Below are positions 47,847 through 61,599 of a DNA stretch of 64,000 nucleotides, piece after piece. The stretch's first letter is position 1. Each line of letters opens with the position of its first letter. Under the pieces are notes generated by a model. That model saw only the letters and a list, made by a program, of their open reading frames with translations. It did not search any database and was not told the DNA's origin. The stretch lies in NCBI GenBank assembly GCA_010909165.1, contig MU008199.1:328248-392247 (forward strand), in the 5' to 3' direction. Source of the DNA: Anthoceros angustus. Lineage: Eukaryota; Plantae; Anthocerotophyta. The position numbers were made by a program, and so were the translations under genes.

Positions 47847-50800
47847 TGTGGAGTGTGGATTCGTGTCCAGGGACACCGTGAGGTCCACATTCACCCTCAA
47901 TGTCGTTGTAGGCTTAGGATTCGCTCCCAAGGGAATGGTTTGTGCCGAGAGACGCTAACTTCTATCGCCATCCCTTCACCTAAGTCAAGACTTACTTGCT
48001 ATTACTCCCCTTACCTATCTACTCAACCACTACTACCCCGACCGTCTAGCCACCACGGCTCTTATTCCACGACCGCAAATCTCATTCCACGATCATGTGT
48101 TCTCACCGGTAGTTGCTTCGCCACCGAGGTGGGTCCCACACCCAAACCCTAGCGACTTATTTCCGACGCCGCGGATCCGCACCAAGGCCCACTGCGGCAC
48201 GGATCCGCTTTATTCTCGCACTCCACACTTCATGCACACACACACACCGATTCCTAGGGACCTAAATTCCACAAATCCTCACCGCTCCACACACACACAA
48301 AGGCGCCACACTCATTCTTTACAAGGGAACTGCTCTTGCACGCTTCCACCAGCAAGACCTTTGGTTTCTTTTGGATTCACACAATCTCCACCGCTAGCCT
48401 CTCAATTAGTTCCCTTCTCAACCCTCTCACACCTCGCATCGCATGTTTAGTCACTCCTTCACCCAATCTTCTCCTCTCTCTCTCTCTCTCCCTCAACTCG
48501 CCTGGCTTCCAACCATCCACTCAACACTTCGCTCAATTGAACACAACTAGCGGGACAAGTGTGAAGGAAAGAAGAACCCCGGCCACAAGGCGTTACGAGC
48601 AAGCTCAGCGCCAATCCCTTGGTTTCCTCCTCCTTTGTCGGCAAGATTGCTTATCACCCTCCTCCCCCGGAGCAAGCTCGACCACCCCTAGGAGCGCCTC
48701 GCACACCGCCTCCGTCAATCGGACGTCTCCAACCAGCCACAGGCGTGGGGATCTCAACCAGAATTATCTCGGCGTGAGGGACCTAATCGCCCCTCTTATA
48801 CATCGGCCGGGGCACCGCCGGATTTTTAGGTCCTAAGATGGCTATCGCGAAGACGCGCCCACAATTCGGAGCGATCCTAGGTCGGCAAGATCCTAACCAA
48901 ATTATCTTTAGGTTGCTACCACCTCACCTCACGCTTCTGCGCCCTACCGACTTGGCCGGCGCCCCACGTCCTCCATTGCCGCCGCCACGAGCTCTCCCGC
49001 CACGCCTGGCCTGACAGTTCTCCCACACTACTTCCACCTCACCGCCACCTGGACGTCCGAATTTGAGGTGTACCGCCTGGGCTTCCGTGATCTTCCGGCC
49101 GCCTATTGCCGAGGATTATTACTGCCTCGTCCACCCAAGCTGGACCTCCTCCTCGCTCAACTCCTCCAAAGTCGCCTCCGCATAATAGGGAGCCAACCCC
49201 ACACCGGCGCATGGTAGAAGTATGCACCGGGTCCTCACTTGTAGGTAGGCCCCGATCCCTCCTATTTCCACACGCACATGGACGTGAGGTTAAGCACGCG
49301 TTCTCCATTCACATATAGACCGGCACATAAGTTTCCTCATCCATGTGCCGTAATATAATAGGACCCCTGCTGAGGTGCTTACCCTCCTCCCGTAGGCTAC
49401 ACTTGCCGGCCTATGTCCTCGCGAGGCGCCACGTCGCATCCTGCCGCCCGCCCGCCCGCTTCCGGGTTGGTTGCGCCAATGTCGGTGGCGGTTTCGACTA
49501 CATGGTAGTGGACTCCACGTTTGCTCAAAGAACGCGTAGGTGAGGTTTCGGCTACCTCGGTTGCCGCTTCCGCTCGGTAGGCCCTTCCGCTACTCGTGGT
49601 CCTGCTACCCCGCCTTCCCTTTGTCTTTTCGCCCGGCCACGTGCCTCATCCCGCTCCATATCGCTCCGCTAGCTTATGGGCCTTTTCCACCGAGGCCGCT
49701 CGCCTCTGGCTCGCAACAACTCCCCGCATCTCTGGTTCCTCGTGGGCATCCTTAATTTGAGCCATGAGTGCTTCCTGCTCGTCATGGCTTGCAACTTCTC
49801 CGGCCTGACAAATCTTCTTGAATCTTGGCCCTTATTTCCTCTAGGTTCCGCTTGTCTTCCTCCGCTTGCTTGCGCTTGGCCTCCTCTTCACAAACTGGCC
49901 TTCACCACTTCCTCCCGCCGCACACCGAGCGTGAGAGCTAAAGCCGCTTGATCCAACAACCGCTTGGGCCCGGATCATCGACGTGGTCAGCTCCCGCAAG
50001 TCCACTTGTTGTGGCGGCCCCAGGACGCCATCCCTCCGTCGAGAACTTTCCTCCCCAGGTGCGCACCTCACCAATTCGGTTGCATCCACCTCTGCTGGAG
50101 TCCCTTGAAAATCTCTTCCCATGCCGAGGAGGGTCCGCCTCGAGGTCACCCTAAACCCTCCGGAGTTGATTCATCATCGCATCCAGTCAAAAATTGTCCT
50201 CGGATCGCGCCTCCTCTCGCCACCTCCAACCGCCGCTTTGGCTTTCATTTCAGAGCTGGCGCCTGTTGACTGTGACGCGCATCCGCTCACCTTTTCACGA
50301 TGCCCGCCTTTCACCCCGGTCTTCCTCCTTTTCTGGTGGGAATTTCCTTCTCCTCCGAACTGCCGCCACCGACTCCCGCTATCCGATTTTTCCTCCTTGG
50401 GCTCCTCCGCCTTCCATTTCACCTCCCTAACCGGCTTCCACATGTGGAGGGAGGCTACAATCTCCACCTCCGCGCAGCTTAGCGTAAACATAAAGATGGA
50501 CGAAATGGTGAGATTAGAGAGGCCGAGGCGAGGAAATCAAGTTCAACCTCTCTTCACACAACTTGTCAAGAGAATTCGCCCAATCGATCTTCGCCCCTTG
50601 ACCACTTCATGAAGGAGCAGAAGTGGTCGGACAAATAATCCCGCTTCTTGTCTGCGAAACATAGGAGCCACCGGCGACCCATCAACTGCTTTGCCAAATC
50701 CCTCGTCAACCAGCCGTTGGGTTGAATTACGCCCGCTTTAACGTAGCGCCGCTGCTTCTTTTCTGACGGCTCCATCACCAACCCGCCCGCCTCCTCCCCA

Positions 50801-51636
50801 TACACCCTTCTAACCAGCCTCCAGTCCCAATCCTGCTTCGCTCTAAATCCCGCTTTGGTATGTCCTTGGTGGCGCGCACTCTGCCCGTGTTCATGTAATT
50901 CCACCGCTCTTCCATGAAACCCGCCTCCTTCACCTCCCAGAACTTTCCAATGATCCATGTTCGGCCATTGGGCAAGCACAATTTGGTGGTGACCTTGGGC
51001 GCCATCCCTCTCACGGTCTTCACGGTCTCGCGCCACAACCAACGCCACCTGGCTGCGAATTTCGGAGGGTCACCTGTGGTTCCTACCTCCTCGAAGGAGC
51101 GCTGTCGCGCCTTCCTCCTCGCGCCTCGCGATGTCCGACGGGGTTCGAGCTCCTTCCCTTCGCGCCTCGCGCCTCGCGCCTCGCGCCTCCTCCTTGGGCT
51201 CCTCCGCCTTCCTCCTCGCGCCTCGCGCCTCGCTGGCCCGCGTTGCGCTCCGTTGTTTGAACGGGATTGTCATTTCCTAGGGTTAAGTTTCCTGTTCCCC
51301 TACTCTGTTGACCTCTCGACCGCTTCCACATCCCAATCCACAACCCACACTCATTCGGCTACCGGTCGACCCCAACTTATAGACTCTAATTATTCCAAAC
51401 CCCTATCTCACATATATAGACTTTTTAGGGAACATTCCGAGTCCATGGGCCAAGGAACACCAAATTCCGGACCATTTATTTTCTAACCTAGGCAATAAAA
51501 CAAAAAGAACTCCATAGGCCAAGGACATTTTACTATGAATATCCCCAACTACCAACCGACTTATTTTCACACCACTCCCAAAAACAAAAATTCACTTGGG
51601 CACATTTTAACAGGGTTTCGAGACTAGATCGTTACA
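47847..51636 (-). repeat. 3' LTR (~3790 bp)
   Basis: TGTGGAGTGTGG...CTAGATCGTTACA; colinear with 57610-61363. Confidence 0.95.
48910..51273 (-). CDS. Frameshifted accessory ORF inside the 3' LTR (unknown protein)
   Basis: ATG at 51273, ~140 bp downstream of a TATATA box (~51411-51418 on the minus strand). Joinable protein-like segments: MAPKVTTKLCLPNGRTWIIGKFWE, NGWLTRDLAKQL, KIDWA, HMWKPVREVKW, a coiled-coil stretch, and NGERVLNLT..VEIGGIGAYL. The 3' end is approximate. Confidence 0.55.
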
Positions 51637-51652
51637 TACTCCCTTCTCATTT
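51637..51652 (-). other. Polypurine tract
   Basis: Minus strand AAATGAGAAGGGAGTA lies immediately before the 3' LTR. Confidence 0.8.
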
Positions 51653-51659
51653 GTTGCCC

Positions 51660-54600
51660 CGCCAACTTATGTATAATACTTCTTGACCCTCCACCCATTG
51701 ACTCGGGTAGTGGAGGTCTGCTAACTCTTGCGATGCTGAGCCATTCAAGACTTGAGAACCCTATATGGCCCCATCCATCGAAGGTGGAGCTTGCCGGAAA
51801 GTGCATGTACCTATTGTCGCATAGGCCAAGTCACCGAACTACCCACTCTTGCTTCCGCAACCGTCATGCCATATTTTCCTTTTACGAATATCCGCATGAC
51901 GCTCAACGCCCCTATCCTCTGTATGTTTAGCGAAGGCGACGGCGTTCGGTGACTTTCCTCTCGCCATGCGGTTAGTTTCGGATACAGGGTGGGAATTTCA
52001 AACTCAATAGGCATTAGGAGAATGGCCGTAGGTGAGGTAGTACGGTGTTTGTTGCGTTGTTATTTTCTCTGCGCCTGTATGCCCGGAGTGAAGCTTAAGA
52101 TCCCGACGCGTATTCCACCGTTAGCTTGTTGAGGATCCCGCAAGAGCCCATTCGCCTTTTCCGTTAAGCCATTTGCCTTGGGATTATAAGGAGTCGTTTT
52201 CCGTGGCGTTGAAGTAGTAGATCATATGAGATATAACTTGCTGAAATGTGACCCTCGTCACGACAAGCTCCAAGGGACACCATATCGAGTGATAATCTGT
52301 CATAGAGGAACTGCCACTACATGAGTGTGTCTACTGCGGTGCTTGGGCTTCCACCATACGCGTGCAATAGTCTGTGGGCCACGAGGATGTATTGGTTTTG
52401 TCGCGTCCTCGTTTTTGTATGGGACCAACAAAGTCTATTCCCCATTTCTCGAATGGCGCGGCCAATATCGGAACCATTGGCCATTGAGTGGTTGCGACGG
52501 TTTCCCAACCCTCGGCAGCATCGCAGCGTTTAACAAACTCCTAGCATCACGATGCATGGTTTGCCACCATACCCGTTTCAAGCACCTTCTTGCACGTGAT
52601 ATGTGCGAAATGTCCTCCGCTTCCCCTCGTGCATCTCACAAGACTCGGATAACTGCTCCTTGTTACCCATAACTCCCCCGCCCATCCGGTCCCGATGCAG
52701 ATTGTCTTTGCGTCATACAAGCGGACGAATAGTGCACAAACGCCTGACTGGGGTTTGAAAGATCCGATGGTATTTTCCCGTTCGAATTCCATCATCTCCT
52801 CGTGAGTGGGCCTTGTGTATCCGTTCTCCTTCTCATTTCTGCCGAGCCACCATTTACCCTCGCCTTATGTTCGCCCCTCTAACTCGTCACACGAGCTTCA
52901 TCGGAAAATCGTCGTTTTGGTCTGTGTAACCTCCTCTGTTTTCGCCTCGAAATGTAATCGCATTCACATGTTTACTCCTCCTCTGGTCTCCACCGTGAAC
53001 GTGAATTCTTGCGGAGTAGGATCCATCTTGCTATGCGTCCGACAAGTCGGTTTTGTTTACGGTGTTTGAGGCGAAGTGGTCCACATGGAAGACGAACTCG
53101 AGATAGCAAATAGTGACGAAACTTGAACCGAGTACACCATCCCTAGCGCCTCCTCTCGGTGGTGGTATACTTCTTCTCGTGAGCTCCTGCATAATAGATT
53201 GGATAATCGTGCTTCTTGTCATCCCTTTGGCTTAGAATGGTACCGATTGCATAGGCGAAACGTCTACAAACACGTGGAACTTCTTGTTCCGGTCGCCCCG
53301 CAGTGAGCGTGGATCGTGGTGGTGCGAAGATCATTGAAGGCCTCCTCTCGTTTTCGTCCATTCCCACTCCCGGTCCTTGCAATGTAGCCGCCTTATACGG
53401 AGAAATTCTTCACAAACCTTCGATAATAGCCTACCATTCCGAGGAATCCCTAAGCTCCTTGGTGGTAGGTGGCTTGAGGCGGTAATGATTTTGACCTTAT
53501 CCGGTCGACCTCTATCCCCGCAAATGCGGTGCCCCAACAAAATACCCTCCGGCATGCGAAATAACATTTCTCGGGATGTAGACACAATTGGTCTGACACC
53601 GTTCGGACATTTGCGAAGGTGGTTGAGGTGATCTTCGCTCCAAACACGCAGAAGTCATCCAGGAAGACCTCCATGAAGTCCCTAAGGTATTCCTTGAAAA
53701 TCTTGACAACCGTCGCATGAAGGATCTGCCTGTTAATCCGAGCCTCCGTTTGTAGGCATAGGTTCCCGATTGTAGTGAAGGTCATGGGGCCAATCACTCT
53801 CCACGAGATGTGGTTATACCGAATACCCATCCAGAAGTAGACCATTCTCCCGCAACTAAGTCCGATGTTGTCTATGAATGGAAGCGGGTAATGGTCTTTT
53901 TGGTCACCTTGTTTAACTTCCTCCAATCCTGACCGTATCTTCCCTTACGCTTTTGGGAACCACCACAATTGGGGCTACCCACTCCGATGTCACAATAGGA
54001 TATATGACGTGCGCAAGTAGAGCTCCAATTGTTCCTTTACCTTCATGAATACTTTGGATTTAGCTTGTATTGCGGTATCCGACCGGCACGACCCTCGAGA
54101 TCAATCTTGTGCTCCCCACTCCCTCGGTATACCCTTCATGTCTCAAACGTCAAAAGCAAAACGTGGATAAATTCCCAACAAATTGTTTCATACCCTTTCC
54201 AAGTCTGCATTCATCCTGCTCGAAAACTTAAGGACCTTGCCGCAACACTTCCACATCCTTGACCTCATCCGTCCCTCCACTCTCTCTCCACCGGCGCGGA
54301 TGTGATGCGAACCCTTCCTCCGGTCTTGGTTCTCCTTGCGCATTCCCCATTCCGGAATAGGTCGTCGAGGTAAACGTGAGACACCCTCCTCGCACCCTCC
54401 GAAGTTTGTCCGGATCGGCTCCCGGCTCACCACCTCTACTTCTTGTTCCTCGACCTCCGTCTCCCCTCTCCTCCGACCACCGGGTTGTCAATTGTGACTC
54501 CATAGCACCCTAATAGGTTGATGGAATGGGAATATCTCTCCGTAATCGTCCTCTTCATCGACCACGAAATATGTGCGAATGGGAATTTCTCCTTCTCATC

Positions 54601-57500
54601 CTCTCCCCAGGTATCTTGAGAGGTGTATCCCTCCGTTTGGTGTCTCCCTGCACGTATCTCTGCTCCAAGTCAAACATATCCTTCCTCCTTAATTTTGGGG
54701 TCCCAGAGGTTTGAATCCCACTTCCTTTCTCGCCCATTTGAAGGTGCAACGTGCCCCATACATCCATGTTCGTCAATGAGAACCTCATACCTGGCGCTTT
54801 TTGTTTAATGACCACGTAGTCCATGAGTGCGGAATGGTACCAATATGGGTTAGGACTCCAACTCCCCTACCGGCGCCATTTTGGACATGTCACCGCAACA
54901 CCTTTGATGTATGTTCTATCGCAACCCAAGCTTCCGAGCGGTCTCCTCATCATGATGTTGACTCGACCGGAATCTAGCGGCACCTTCTTGATTACACATC
55001 CCGCAATTTCTATCTCAGAGCTCACAGATCAGTCCATCATGGCCACCATATTCACAGAAGGGATTTCGGCCTTGGGGTGGAAAGGTTCCGTCTCTTCTTG
55101 GGTTGTGCCGCCTTCAATGCCCCAGTTTTTGGCGGTACTGGATTGTCCACGAGATTGTCAACGTTATCATGAACTTTTGGTCCATGATAGCGTCCGCCAA
55201 ATTGAAAGGAACACCTGACTCTGCTTTCTGTTTCTCCTTGCCAACCCCCACCGTCATTTCAGCAACCGCGGTAGCTGTTCAGATGTTGCGGTCGTTGAAA
55301 CAGAATGGCCGGTAGGTGGGTCAGGTGGGTCAGTGGCCAAAGGTACGACTGTCGGAGTCTGTTCCAGTTCTTGTCGGATCATATCCATAACCTTCCCCCT
55401 GACATCGGGCGGAAACGCCGACTCATCCTTTTTTTCCTCTTGCGGGTTTTTCGCCCCATGTGTCGACTCGAGTCCCACTGCCGTCCGGCTGTCCTCGTTT
55501 TGCACTTCACCCCTCGAATCCGCGGTCTCGGCTGCTAAGGGAGTTACACCTGTGATGCCATCCGAAATCGCAACCCTCGCGTTAAGTGTGGCGTGTGCCT
55601 TGCTCCCGTCCTGGATTCGCCCTTTCTTTTTCGACTCCCATACCGAGTCCCTCGTTTTGTGGTTGGACTTCTCTTCCTTCCCGCTTTGATGAAGACGCCT
55701 CTTCCTCCTCACTTGCGGACGTTATGGAAGCTCCCACTCCGTTCTTCTTCCTTTTTTCCCTCGCTCCCTTCTTAGGGTGTCCGCCTTCCTCTCGCCGCTC
55801 GGTCCGAGGCCATCGCAGGAGTTCCGTAATACCCACTATCCACATCCCCAACCCTTCCGGGCTCCTCGACACCGGGCCTCGGAATCCTCCCATACCGCCA
55901 TGAGCGCATCTTGACTTGCATTGCGGGAACGGCTTTGTGACGGGTCAGAATCGGAGGTTGAGCGATCCTCACTGTTTTCGGTGTCGAGGACGCCGGCCAC
56001 GTGACTGATTGCTTGGTCCACACGACCTTTCAAAATCACCATTCCCGGCGAGATGCGGAGGGGCATCCAGCAAGATGCCCGAACCCTCGGCAATTGTAAC
56101 ACGACGGCACTCATTTGCGGGGTTCCTTGCCATCCGACCCATGCCGTGGGTTTCGCAAACTCGAGGTACAAAGTTTTGTACCCAGATCGGTGTTGCCTCT
56201 TGAATTTGGTATGTATCTTCCAAGCACATCTCCTCATCCTCCTCCTCGTAGCCCAAGATGGTTGCACTTTTGTTTGTGACAGTTCGACCTCGAGTGCCCT
56301 GTCCACAAGTTGAGCGAAGAGATTCTCCGAGCAACCCTTCTTCTATCATGGTCCTTGATGGCATTAAGATGGAGTTTCTCGGTTTGACCATCATTTCCTC
56401 CATCTTGTTCCCTTGTTGCTCCACTTTTTGGCTTGTTTCCACCTCTCTTCTCACCGCTCCGCGTCCTTTCGTGCATATAGCTCCTTCCCTTTGCACGTCG
56501 TCTTGTTTCCATCATTTTTCCCTTCTTCCTTCTATCCCTTGTTGCGCTCACCTTCCAGAATTCTCCTCCGAATCCTGGTCTCCTCTTCCGTGGAGCTACC
56601 CGAGGAGTCATTGAAAACTATCCTCCTCCGCTGAATCATCGGAGGACGAATAGTACTTCTTCTTCTTTTTGTATTTCTTTTTGTCCTTCCGCGCCCTTGT
56701 TCGAGTTCTTCTTCTCTTCCGCGTTGACTCCTCATAGTTCGAGCGACTTTAATCGCCCGATCCAAATCTTTCTCACCGAGACGACGTGCCTTCCCATTTC
56801 CGCCCAATCCTCTTGCAAACCAACGAATGGCCATTAGCTCGACGGACCCCGATCCGTAGGGTGGAACCTTTCCACATAAGCTGCGGTCTCCTTCTTCCTC
56901 TCCGCAATCCCTCGAGTTTGGACAAGACATATCCTTCCACATCGACCCTCCGAACCTTTCACAAAAGCTCTCTTCAAGGCCCCAAAAGTAGGCGGGGTGT
57001 GCTATGTACTCCCGCTTGTACCACTTGGCCGCCGCTCCGTAAGACTCCATAAGCTGGGCACGGCGCATCCTCACGGTTGGCAAGCGTCAACGCTCAAAAC
57101 GCTCGACAAACTCGTCGGGATCCTCATGGCCCTTCTTTTCTCCATAACGGTAAGATTGCTTAGTAGTAACGAGCACGAGATCGCCATAACTACCGGTAGT
57201 ACTTTCAACGATCATGGTAGTTGACGCGCCACTACGTCGACCTCTACATTCACGAAGTTCTGGACGCGTGGTCTAGGCACCGGAGCGAGATCAAAAGACA
57301 AGGTGGAATCGGGTACCGGCCCCTTGTACCGCTTCGTAGTCGAGAGTTGGGAATCAATCTAAGATCCGATCCCTAGTTCGAGTCGACTCCTTCCTCGTCC
57401 GCCAAGTGTGATCTCCGCCGTGCTCTCCTCGTAACTCTCTGCAATCTTTCCGCTTGGCGTTGCGTCTTGCGAGCGTTTCCCCAGTCGGATCGAATCGCTT
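51660..57500 (-). CDS. gag-pol polyprotein (heavily frameshifted)
   Basis: gag GAAAKWYKRE; RT SEWVAPIVVVPK, KDHYPLPFID, FMEVFLDDFCVFG; RNase H AYAIGTIL, DYPIYY, EKKYTTTER; integrase YILVA, TPYNP..NG. Boundaries are approximate. Confidence 0.85.
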
Positions 57501-57588
57501 GTCTCCACCGAGGCATCCATCAATCTAGTAATGCTAGACTCTACGTAAGCTAGGTTAGTCCTTCCTACGTCCTTGACAGTGATTCCAT

Positions 57589-57606
57589 TCCCCGGCAACG
57601 GCGCCA
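57589..57606 (-). other. Primer binding site (tRNA-Asp type)
   Basis: Minus strand TGGCGCCGTTGCCGGGGA lies 3 nt from the 5' LTR; this is the PBS known for Athila elements. Confidence 0.88.
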
Positions 57607-57609
57607 AAA

Positions 57610-60600
57610 TGTGGAGTGTGGATTCGTGTCCAGGGACACCGTGAGGTCCACATTCACCCTCAATGTCGTTGTAGGCTTAGGATTCGCTCCCAAGGGAATG
57701 GTTTGTGCCAAGAGACGCTAACTTCTATCGCTCGCCTTCACCTAAGTCAAGACTTACTTGCTATTACTCCTCTTACCTATCTACTCAACCACTACTACCC
57801 CGACTCTAGCCACCACTCTTATTCCACGACAAATCTCATTCCACGACCGCGGTGTTCTCACCGGTAGTTGCTTCCACCGAGGTGGGTCCCACACCCAAAC
57901 CCTAGCGACTTATTTCCGGCGCGGCGCCGGATCCGCCACGGGCGCCCACTGCAGGATCCTTTATGCACTCCACACTTCATGCACACACACACACCGATTC
58001 CTAGGGACCTAAATTCCACAAATCCTCACCGCTCCACACACACACAAAGGCGCCACACTCACACTTTTAAGGGAATTGTTCCCTTGCGCTTCCACCAACA
58101 CCGGTTTGGTTTCTTTTGGATTCACACAATTCTCCACCGCTAGCCTCTCAATTAGTTCCCTTCTCAACCCCTCTCACACCTCGCATCGCTGGTTTAGTCA
58201 CTCCTTCACCCAATCTTCTCCTCTCTCTCTCCCTCAACTCGCCAGCTTCCAACCATCCACTCAACACTTCTCAATTGAACACAACTAGCGGACAAGTGTG
58301 AAGGAAAGAACCCCGGGCACAGAGGCACGAGCAAGCTCGGACCCGCCCCGCGCCAATCCCTTGGTTTCCTCCTCCTTTGTCGCAAGATTGCTTATCACCC
58401 TCCTCCCCCGGAGCAAGCTCGACCACCCCTAGGAGCGTCGACACCGCCTTTAATCGGACGTCTCCAACCAGCCACAGGCGTGGGGATCTCAACCAGAATT
58501 ATCTCGGCGTGAGGGACCCACGCCCCTCTTATACATCGGGGCATGCCCGGATTTTAGGTCCTAAGATGGCTATCGCGAAGGACGCGCCCACAATTCGGGC
58601 GATCCTAGGTCGGGCATCCTAACCAAATTATCTTTAGGTTGCTACCACCTCACGCTATCTGCGCCCTACCTCGACTTGGCCCCTCCCTCCATTGCTGCCG
58701 CCACGAGCTCCCGCCACGCTTGGTCGGACGGGTTCTCCCACACTACTTCCACCTCACCGCCACCGCTGGACGTCCGAATTTGAGGTGTACCGCCTGGGCT
58801 TCCGCATCTTCCGGCCGCCTATTGCCGAGGATTATTCCGGGCTCCTCGTCCACCCAAGCTGGACCTCCTCCTCGCTCAACTCCTCCAAAGTCGCCTCCGA
58901 TAATAGGGAGCCAACCCCACACCCGGCGATGGTAGAAGTATGCACCGGGTCCTCACTTGCGAGGTAGGCCCCGATCCCTCCTATTTCCACACGCACATGG
59001 GCGGTGAGGTTAAGCACGCGTTCTCCATTCACATATAGACCGGCACATAAGTTTCCTCATCCATGTGCCGTAATATAATAGGACCCCTACTGCTGAGGTG
59101 CTTACCCCTCCTCCGTAGGCTACACCAGTTGCTGGCCTATGTCCTCGCGAGGCGCCACGTCGCATCCTGCCGCCCCGCCGCCCGCCTGCTGGGTTGGCGC
59201 CAATGTCGGTAGCGGTTTCGACTACCGGTAGTGGACTCCACGACCGTCGTTCACAACCGCGTAGGTGAGGTTTCGGCTACCTCGGTTCGCTTCCTTCCGC
59301 TCGGTAGGCCTTCCGCTACTCGATCGTGGTCCTGCTACCCCGCCTTCCCTTTGTCTTTTCTCGGCCCGGCCACGTGCCTCATCCGCTCCGCTTATATCGC
59401 TCCGCTAGCTTATGGGCCTTTTCCACGAGGCCGCTTCGCCTCTGGCTCGCAACAACTCCCCTGCATCTCTGGTTCGCCTCGTGGGCATCCTTAATTTGAG
59501 CCATGAGTGCTTCCTGGCTCGTCATGGCTTGCAACTTCTCACAGGCCTGCACAAATCTTCTTGAATCTTGGCCCTTATTTCCTCTAGGTTCCGCTTGTCT
59601 TCCTCCGTTGCTTGCGCTTGGCCTCCTCTTCGAAACCCGGCCTTCACCACTTCCTCCGTCGCCCCGCACACGAGCGTGAGAGCTAAAGCCGCTTGATCCA
59701 ACAACCGCTTGGGCGGATCATCGGCGTGGTCGGCTCTGCAAGTCCACTTGTTGTGGCGGCCCCGCGACGCCATCCCTCGAGAACTTTCCTCCCGGTGCGC
59801 ACCCTCACCAATTCGGTTGCATCCACCGTTGCTGGAGTCCCCTTGAAAATCTCTTCCCATCTTTGAGGGTCCGCCTCGAGGTCACCTAAACCCTCCGGAG
59901 TTGATTCATCATCCGCATCCAGTCAAAAATTGTCCTCGGATCGCGCCTCCTCTTCGCCACCGCCGCTTTGGCTTTCATTTTAGAGGCGCCTGCTGACTGT
60001 GACGCGCATCCGCCTTCACCTTTTCACGATGCCCGCCTTCACCCCGGTCTTCCTCCTTTTCTGGTGGGAATTTCCTTCTCCTCCTCCAGCCTGCCGCCAC
60101 CGACTCCCGGCTATCCGATTTTTCCTCCTTGGGCTCCTCCGCCCATTTCACCTCCCTAACCGGCTTCCACATGTGGAGGGAGGCTACAATCTCCACCGGC
60201 GAGTTAGCGTAAACATAAAGATGGACGAAATGGTGAGATTAGAGAGGCCGAGGCGAGAAATCAAGTTCAACCTCTCTTCACACAACTTGTCAAGAGAATT
60301 CGCCTCAATCGATCTTCGCCCCTTGACCACTTCATGAAGGAGCAGCAAGTGGTCGACAAATAATCCGCTTCTTGTGCAGAAACATAGGAGCCACCGACCC
60401 ATCAAGCTGCATTGCCAAATCCTCGTCAACCGGCCGTTGGGTTCGCGAATTACGCGCTTTAACGGGCGGTGCTGCTTGCCGTGCTTCTTTTCTGGACGGC
60501 TCCATCACCAACCCGCCGCCTCCTCCTTCGCCCATACACCCTTCTAACTCCGGTCCCAATCCTGCGGCGCTCTAAATCCCCCGGGCGTTGTCCTGGTGTG

Positions 60601-61363
60601 CGCACACTCGCACTCCGAGTTCATGTAATTCCACCGCTCTTCCATGAAACCCGCTCCTTCACACTCCCAGCTCGAACTTTCCAATGATCCATGTTCGGCC
60701 ATTGGGCAAGCACAATGGTGGTGACCTTGGGCGCCATCCCTCTCACGGTCTTCCGGTCTCGCGCACAACCAACGCCACCTCGCGAATTTCACGGAGGGTC
60801 TCGGTTCCTACCTCCTCGAAGGAGGCGCCATGTCTGCGCCTTCCTCCTCCGTCCTGTCGACGGGGTTCGAGCTCGCCCCTTCGCGCCTCGCGCCTCCTGC
60901 CGATCACGGTGCCCCGACTGGCCACCGCTGCCGCGCCTCGCGCCTCCGCCCCGCCGCTTGCGCTCCGTTGTTTGAACGGGATCATTTCCTAGGGTTAAGT
61001 TTCCTGTGTTCCCCTACTCTGCTCGACCTCTCGACCGCTTCCACATCCCAATCCACAACCCCACACTCATTCACTGCCGGCCAACCCCAACTTATAGACT
61101 CTAATTATTCCAAACCCCCTATCTCACATATATAGACTTTTTAGGGAACATTCCGAGTCCATGGGCCAAGGAACACCAATTCGGACCATTTATTTTCTAA
61201 CCTAGGCAATAAAACAAAAGAACTCCATAGGCCAAGGACATTTTACTATGAATATCCCCAACCACCACACCGACTTATTTTCACACCACTCACAGCCAAA
61301 AAAACAAAAAAATTCACTTCAGGGCACATTTTAACAGGGGTTCCCGAGACTAGATCGTTTACA
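57610..61363 (-). repeat. 5' LTR (~3754 bp), carrying a second copy of the accessory ORF (ATG 60985)
   Basis: TGTGGAGTGTGG...CTAGATCGTTTACA followed by TSD CCACC; ORF 60743-60985 begins MIPFKQRSA. Confidence 0.95.
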
Positions 61364-61599
61364 CCACCTCGGCCACAAACTCTGACAAAGCGCTTCACCA
61401 AACCTGCCTCCAGCCCTGAAACCGGGCCTAAATTGTGTAACAAAATTGGTTGTCACGACCTTCATGTTACAGGTTTTGTAACAGATCCCAGGAGCGGGAC
61501 TCGGCCTGGGACATGTTACAAAATCGCCATAAACGTTACAAAAAACCAGAAACCCGTTATAAAACACCATAACATGGACACCATGTTTCTACTAGTGAA

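Larger units (their letters stand above)
47847..61363 (-). mobile_element. Full-length Ty3/gypsy LTR retrotransposon, Athila-like (non-chromovirus), 13.5 kb
   Basis: TG...CA LTR pair, 5-bp TSD CCACC (47842-47846 and 61364-61368), tRNA-Asp-type PBS, PPT, and gag-RT-RH-INT order on the minus strand. Confidence 0.95.
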
